A stretch of DNA of 64,000 nucleotides from assembly GCA_010909165.1 (NCBI GenBank), contig MU008165.1, positions 124,001-188,000 of the forward strand, in the 5' to 3' direction. The position numbers and the translations under genes were made by a program. Source of the DNA: Anthoceros angustus. Taxonomy: Eukaryota; Plantae; Anthocerotophyta. The notes below the pieces were generated by a model. That model worked only from the letters and a program-made list of their open reading frames with translations, ran no database searches and was not told the DNA's origin. Shown here piece by piece: positions 58,601-64,000 of the stretch (positions within the stretch are counted from its first letter, which is position 1; every line of letters begins with the position of its first letter).

Positions 58601-60089
58601 GCACCCAGGTCCTGTCGATGCGGTATCCCCAAAATTCAGTCCGGCCCCGGCCTAGGCAGTGTGAAAAGGACCTAGCCTCGATTGGTGAGTTTCAGCGTTG
58701 TGAAACGGGCTGGGAAATTGCCCGCCTTGTAATGCTTGCACAAACTCAGCACAGCATAAAAAGGTCCCGCTGCGAGCTCGCCAGACCCTAATCTTGACAA
58801 CGCTGCGATATGTGCAATTGAATCCGATGGGAAACTGCAACCCCGGGTTCAGATCTGAGCCGCGACTCCACTTGCTATGATGCCCGCATTCAAATTTGGC
58901 TGGGTGCCAATGTCGCCGCCACTGAAGCCTGCGCGAATGCTTGCTTGGCTTATTGCGCCTGCGTAATGTTGGAGACCCCCGTGCCAATCTGCTTGCCCGT
59001 CAAGTACCTCCGCTCCTAGTGTCTGCAGCAGATGGTGGCCTGGACGCTGCTCCTCGGTAGCCGGAGATTGTTGGGCATCGCGGCGCTGATGTGTAGAAGG
59101 CTGGTCCGTGAGATCCTTGCCGTCAGCTTCCCAGTCCCAGCTTGCCATTCCTTTGGCTTCCTGATTCTGGCTTACGAAGATACTAGCTTGGGCCCAGTCT
59201 TCTAGACTCGACTGATTTCACGGTGGCCTCCTTCAGTACCCTGATTCCAGACAGATGTAAGGGCACCGGTCCCTTCCGGATTGCCCGAAATCCAGGCTGT
59301 AGTGCCTAGGACCTGGTTTGCAAGCTCACGGCCTTCTTCAGGGCCGTCTCCACCAACTCTACCACCGCACAAAGGCTGCACCGCCTCAAATGCCCCTAAC
59401 AGACCGGAGGACATGTCATGGCCTCAATTCCATTCCACTTGCATGGAGAAGAAGCCTATGCTGCAGTTGCTCAAGTCCAAACTGGACAGTTGGAGGAAAC
59501 TTTCCACCTTTATGCTTGTGCATTTCAATTACAGCAACGTGACAATTGGGTGGATGAGTTCCAACAAGACGAGGAATTCTTGTGCACACCGCTAGATGAG
59601 TTGGCAGCATCACGGGCCACCACAGCACCTCAATCACTGCTTGGAAGCGTGCCTTCAAAATAATCTCAAATTTAACAATTGCAGAGGGTCGATTTTTGTC
59701 AACCGTACTACATTCTATCGAATTAAGACTATATATCCGAAATGAAACATTAAATTGTTGAGTTGTAACATGAAAAAATCAGATTATTGAATTGCAACAT
59801 AAAAACTGCCTACAATTCTTCCGAGGCCGTTAGGCAATGAAGGTAGGAAATACAAAGCGATGGAGATTTGAAGGACCTAACGGGAGGAAATATGAGGTGT
59901 CTCATGCCCTTTTGTTCAAATAATAATAATAAAAAAGCCGAGAAGGAAAACTATGCTTTTGATTGCTTGCGGCCTCCTCCCTACCCAGAGCCCTTGCACG
60001 GAGCCACTAAATCCAATCCAGCGTACCACTGGTGCTGGTAGACAAGGCGTGATCACCCCAATGCCTTTGAGACGTGAGACACATAAGCC

Positions 60090-60714
60090 TCAGAACCCGT
60101 GAATTTTGATCAGATCTTTCTTCACCACGCCAGCCTGATCAGCACGGCTCAGACTCAGTCAGAACAGCACAGCATAGACTCGGTCAAAACGATTTGATTG
60201 GGAAGTCGCTGGAACAATACTCACCTGTACAAGGAACTGAGAAACATTCTTGCGCTGGTCCCCTTGCAGCTGAATCACTTGACCCAGCTCAGGGTCCTGC
60301 ACCACCGTCCCATTGCAGCAGAAATCCTGCAAACGTGATAGTACGCGTATCGTGAGCAAGAGAGGAGGTGAAAAAACTCCTTTCCTTCCCTTCTGGACCA
60401 TCCAGAAGGTTAGCTCCCATCCTACGGGCATCACCTTTTTGAAGTCCTTAAGAATCTTGTTGTAATTGAACTCCTTCTTCAGGCCCTGGACAGTGGTCAG
60501 ACTTTTTCTCCCGTTCCGCTGCTGCACTCGCACATGCACATAGTCCTTCGATCCTGCGCCCGAATCCTCTGCATTCGCATCTGCGAACGGATCTGCAACG
60601 ACAAGTAGCCCCATCGAGTGTCAGCCACAAACACAGCACCATCTCAGGGAACGAAAGCAGACGAATTCACTCCACCAACTTACCAAAGGCCCCCGGAATA
60701 TCTAGATCTGACAT
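60090..60714 (-). CDS. SUI1: Translation initiation factor eIF1/SUI1, second paralog
   Basis: MSDLDIPGAFDPFADANAEDSGAGSKDYVHVRVQQRNGRKS...KIHGF*. Same intron positions as 34453-35053. Confidence 0.95.
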
Positions 60715-62728
60715 GAACTTGAGTTGAATGGACGAACCCACAGAAAGTTCCTTCCCCAGCCCAGACAGCTCGCCCACCTGCACCACGGACTTCCAGTCAG
60801 CGCTTCCACCCAGGAAAACCCGGACATAAACAGGCCCAGCTCGGGAGAACCCCAGCGGAGTCCAGCCACGAGCGGACAAAAACATGCCCTCCTTTGACAA
60901 AAACAGCGTTAAGCGAAGAGTACAGGACTATCCAACCACACCCAAGCCCCGGAATGGATGCAGAGTGCACCGACACAAGCCCTCTCTTCACCACCAAGGA
61001 CTTACAAGCAGAGGAGCACCGTCCTTAAACCAGAATTTTCACTCCCCATCCCACCGAAACCCTGCAACCCAACACGATTTCCCGCAACCAGACTCCTCAG
61101 GCACAAAATCCACCACACAGACACAAGAACGACCCACAAACACACCGCACATGATTCCTCCACCATCGCATCCCATTCCAACAAGCAGCCGCACCAGACG
61201 CCCACGCAGGGCCTCCACCTCACCACCCAGAAGCAGCACACGGAAACCAACTCACCCGCTGCAGCACCGAGGAGATTGCGCCCAAACACAGCGCACAGCA
61301 GGAGAGTCGTCAAGGGGACTGGGAGCGGGGAACAGGCAGAGAAAAGCAGCCAGCCTCAGAAAGCCAGCCCTCTCTCTACGCCTTATATGCGCTTGCTTCC
61401 GCGTTGCGCCCCTCCTGCTTTGCCGCAACTAACCACGGTTAGACAAGTAAGGTAACTGACTATGCCGTGGTTGGCCGACGTCTACGTTAATAGGAAACGG
61501 GGAGAGCACAGCACGTGTAGTGCATGAAGGGGGACTGGCGCCTTTCAAGCCACTCTCATCTCCTCAAAGACGCAAGCCCGCCAAGCCAAGCCAAGCCAAA
61601 CAATCGCAGTCCTGCCCGCCTTTGAACTCCCTTTCCTCGCTTGCACTGCACGCAACGCTGAGGTGAGGCCAGGTGAAGAGGCCCGTTACCTTTCTTCTTT
61701 CCGTCTTATTTCTTTGTTTCTCTTCCTTCTTCCTTCTTCCTTTTCCCTGCTGAGCTGCTCTTCCACAGTGGCACTGTGCCCCAGGCAAAGCCAAGCTGTT
61801 GCCCCTCCCCCGGGAAGGAAAGGGTCGGTGAACGAAGGAATACAGGCATGCTGAAAGACGGCCTGGCGCCTATTGGGAGGCCCACTTCCACGACAGGCTT
61901 CCACTTGTTGACTCCCTGGGTAGGGTAGGGGAGAGTTGGGCTTTTCCACCGGCGACAAGTCAATGAGTTAACAACGTTATCTCGGCAGGCGGGATGTCGA
62001 GACGAGAGTGGGAAGGAAAGCAGATGAGAAGCTGGCAGAGGGCCGTGCAGGTGCAGGGGTAGCGGCAGCAGATACCTTGCGTGATGTGAGCCATGTCCAG
62101 GAGATCGGCAATGCTGCAGCAGGGCCCTGGTCAGTATGGCCATAAGTGTCACGGACTGAACAGCAAGCCATGCCAGCACAGAGAGAGAGCACTTGCAGTC
62201 AGTCAGGAGATGGTGGCGCACTTGGACTTCCACTGCTATCTGTCAGAGGTAGGCGTGGCTGCTAGCCGAGGGTCAAACTTCAAACTCCTCGAATGCATAT
62301 GTGAAGATGTGAGGTGGGCGTTGCAGAGTTTTACCGTGTCCTCTTTTGCACCGGCCTCGCCGTTCACCTTCGTCTGTAAAATATTCTTCTATGAGTACAA
62401 CACGGGGAGGCTCCTCCTCGTGAAGAGGAGGCAGTACAGATTAGGTGCTGAACACAACAGAGACAAGTAAACTTCACACACATCCCAAGTAAGGAGTGAT
62501 GCGTTCAACGCCCCGGCTGGAGTGAAAAGGAAGCAGCAGGAGCAGCATTACAGATAATTCACAGCTCCAGCGGGCCGGTTCACATCCCAAGCCGACTGTA
62601 GAGGTGATATTTGAGACACACCCAGGTATTCGCCCAAGAGGGATTCCTGCGTCGGTGAACCATCATTGGCATCTGACGGGGGACGAGTGTGAAACTGGTT
62701 GTCGAGATATACATACAGTACTGGCTCT

Positions 62729-64000
62729 CTAAGTGAAGTCCCTATTCGTCAGAATGAAGGGTCCAATCATGGTCCAAACTGCCACAAACAACAGCTGTTG
62801 AGAGCAAGCACATTGGTAGGTGGGATTGAACATGGATAGACAAGACAGCCAGATAGCCCCAAATCGTACATAAGTGCGTCGAAATGACTTACTGTAAAGC
62901 AATGCAGCGAGCCACTCGTTCACAATTTTCACCCACACGCTAGCCCACCCAACGTCAATGCTCCACCTGTTCCACCGTGATTGGTTAGTTGCTTGGATAA
63001 CTGCACCGACGGGACGGGCTTCACGATATCCACATAAGGACCACCCACTTACTTGTGGATTGTTTGATTCAGATCCCAGCCGATGAACAGCATCGCAAAG
63101 TACATGGCGCCCATCGCAAAAACAAAATGGAAAAAACCATACCCGTATGGAACTCCGTCAATTTTCTCCTCGGTGTTCCTAAACTGTAAAAAGTGCAAGA
63201 TACTGTTAGCGCCAGCACACTCACCTATTTACTCAAGACAAGACAAGGGTTAATGCTCACTTTGAATGACTTGGAATCAATGCCAGTCGAGTAGGTCGAC
63301 ATGATGATAGCCATAAAAGCAAGACCAAAACTCTGAAAAACCGGCACCGACACAGGCAAGTATGCAGGAAGTTAGTTATAACAATCAACGGCCCCTTACA
63401 CAATAAAGCCGACCTTGCTTGCCACAGTGCAGGTGCAACAAGAAAAACAGAGGTCGCTGAACTCACAAATATTGTCACTAAATCACCCCTCCCAGTCTGT
63501 CTTGGTCTGGTGTTACAAGTCACACTTGCTGGTTCACTGGAGAGTTACAGATGCGTATTAATCTAGGTATTCGGCCAACGCAAAACTTAAGACACCCTGG
63601 GGGAAGCCCTAACCCAAGAATGCATTCTTGCTTTGTTTACCTCATTATTGCCGAATAGCAGAGAAATACGATGTACAGAGACACCAACGCGGAAGTCAGG
63701 AGGCCCGCATTGACCTGAGAGGACACACAAAGAACTCTCAGGCTCGTCACGACTGCTTCAACGACAAACCAGTTCTTTCAACCAGTACAACAGTTCAGAA
63801 GGAGCTCAAACCAATACAGAGACAAATGAGCCCAAGATCAAGCTCACCTTTGAATGTAAAGAAATGAGCGTCATCGCCAGCACAAGGATAAGAGTCCAGG
63901 TGACAAAGAAAATGTTTGTCCCACAAGAAGGCCGTGGAGCAAACCATATGTACATAATCACAATGCCCAAAATTGATACGCCGTAGCTCAGGAATGACAC
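62729..64000 (-). CDS. Serine incorporator (SERINC/TDE) family membrane protein, 3' part
   Basis: MYIWFAPRPSCGTNIFF, NAGLLTS, VPYGYGFFHFVFAMGAMYFAMLFIGW, WSIDVGWASVWVKIVNEW, WTMIGPFILTNRDFT*. Confidence 0.93.

Overview
Eukaryotic nuclear DNA from a compact, gene-dense seed-free land plant. Short GT-AG introns and a PLS-class PPR gene with a 'PGxSWW' box fit a hornwort best, though a lycophyte or fern is possible (inference). Genes: aleurain/cathepsin-H protease, divergent ORC1-like, organellar-type uS17, DDX55/RH18 helicase, two eIF1/SUI1 paralogs, intronless PABP-like gene, secreted K/E-rich repeat protein, PLS-E+ PPR, ATP-citrate lyase A, DJ-1/PfpI and the 3' part of a SERINC gene. These are interspersed with LTR and non-LTR retroelement debris, minisatellites and a 15.5-29.5 kb zone of duplicated or inverted fragments of neighbouring genes. 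Top candidates: (1) two diverged Ty3/gypsy remnants with a C5 DNA-methyltransferase domain directly upstream of the RT region (22.7-23.7 kb, minus; 53.9-55.3 kb, plus); (2) a 1.3-kb fold-back of two head-to-head LTRs joined through a CCA-bearing DNA copy of their primer tRNA-iMet (4.3-5.6 kb). Some near-identical tandem duplications look like long-read assembly artefacts. All alignments and exon boundaries were read by eye.
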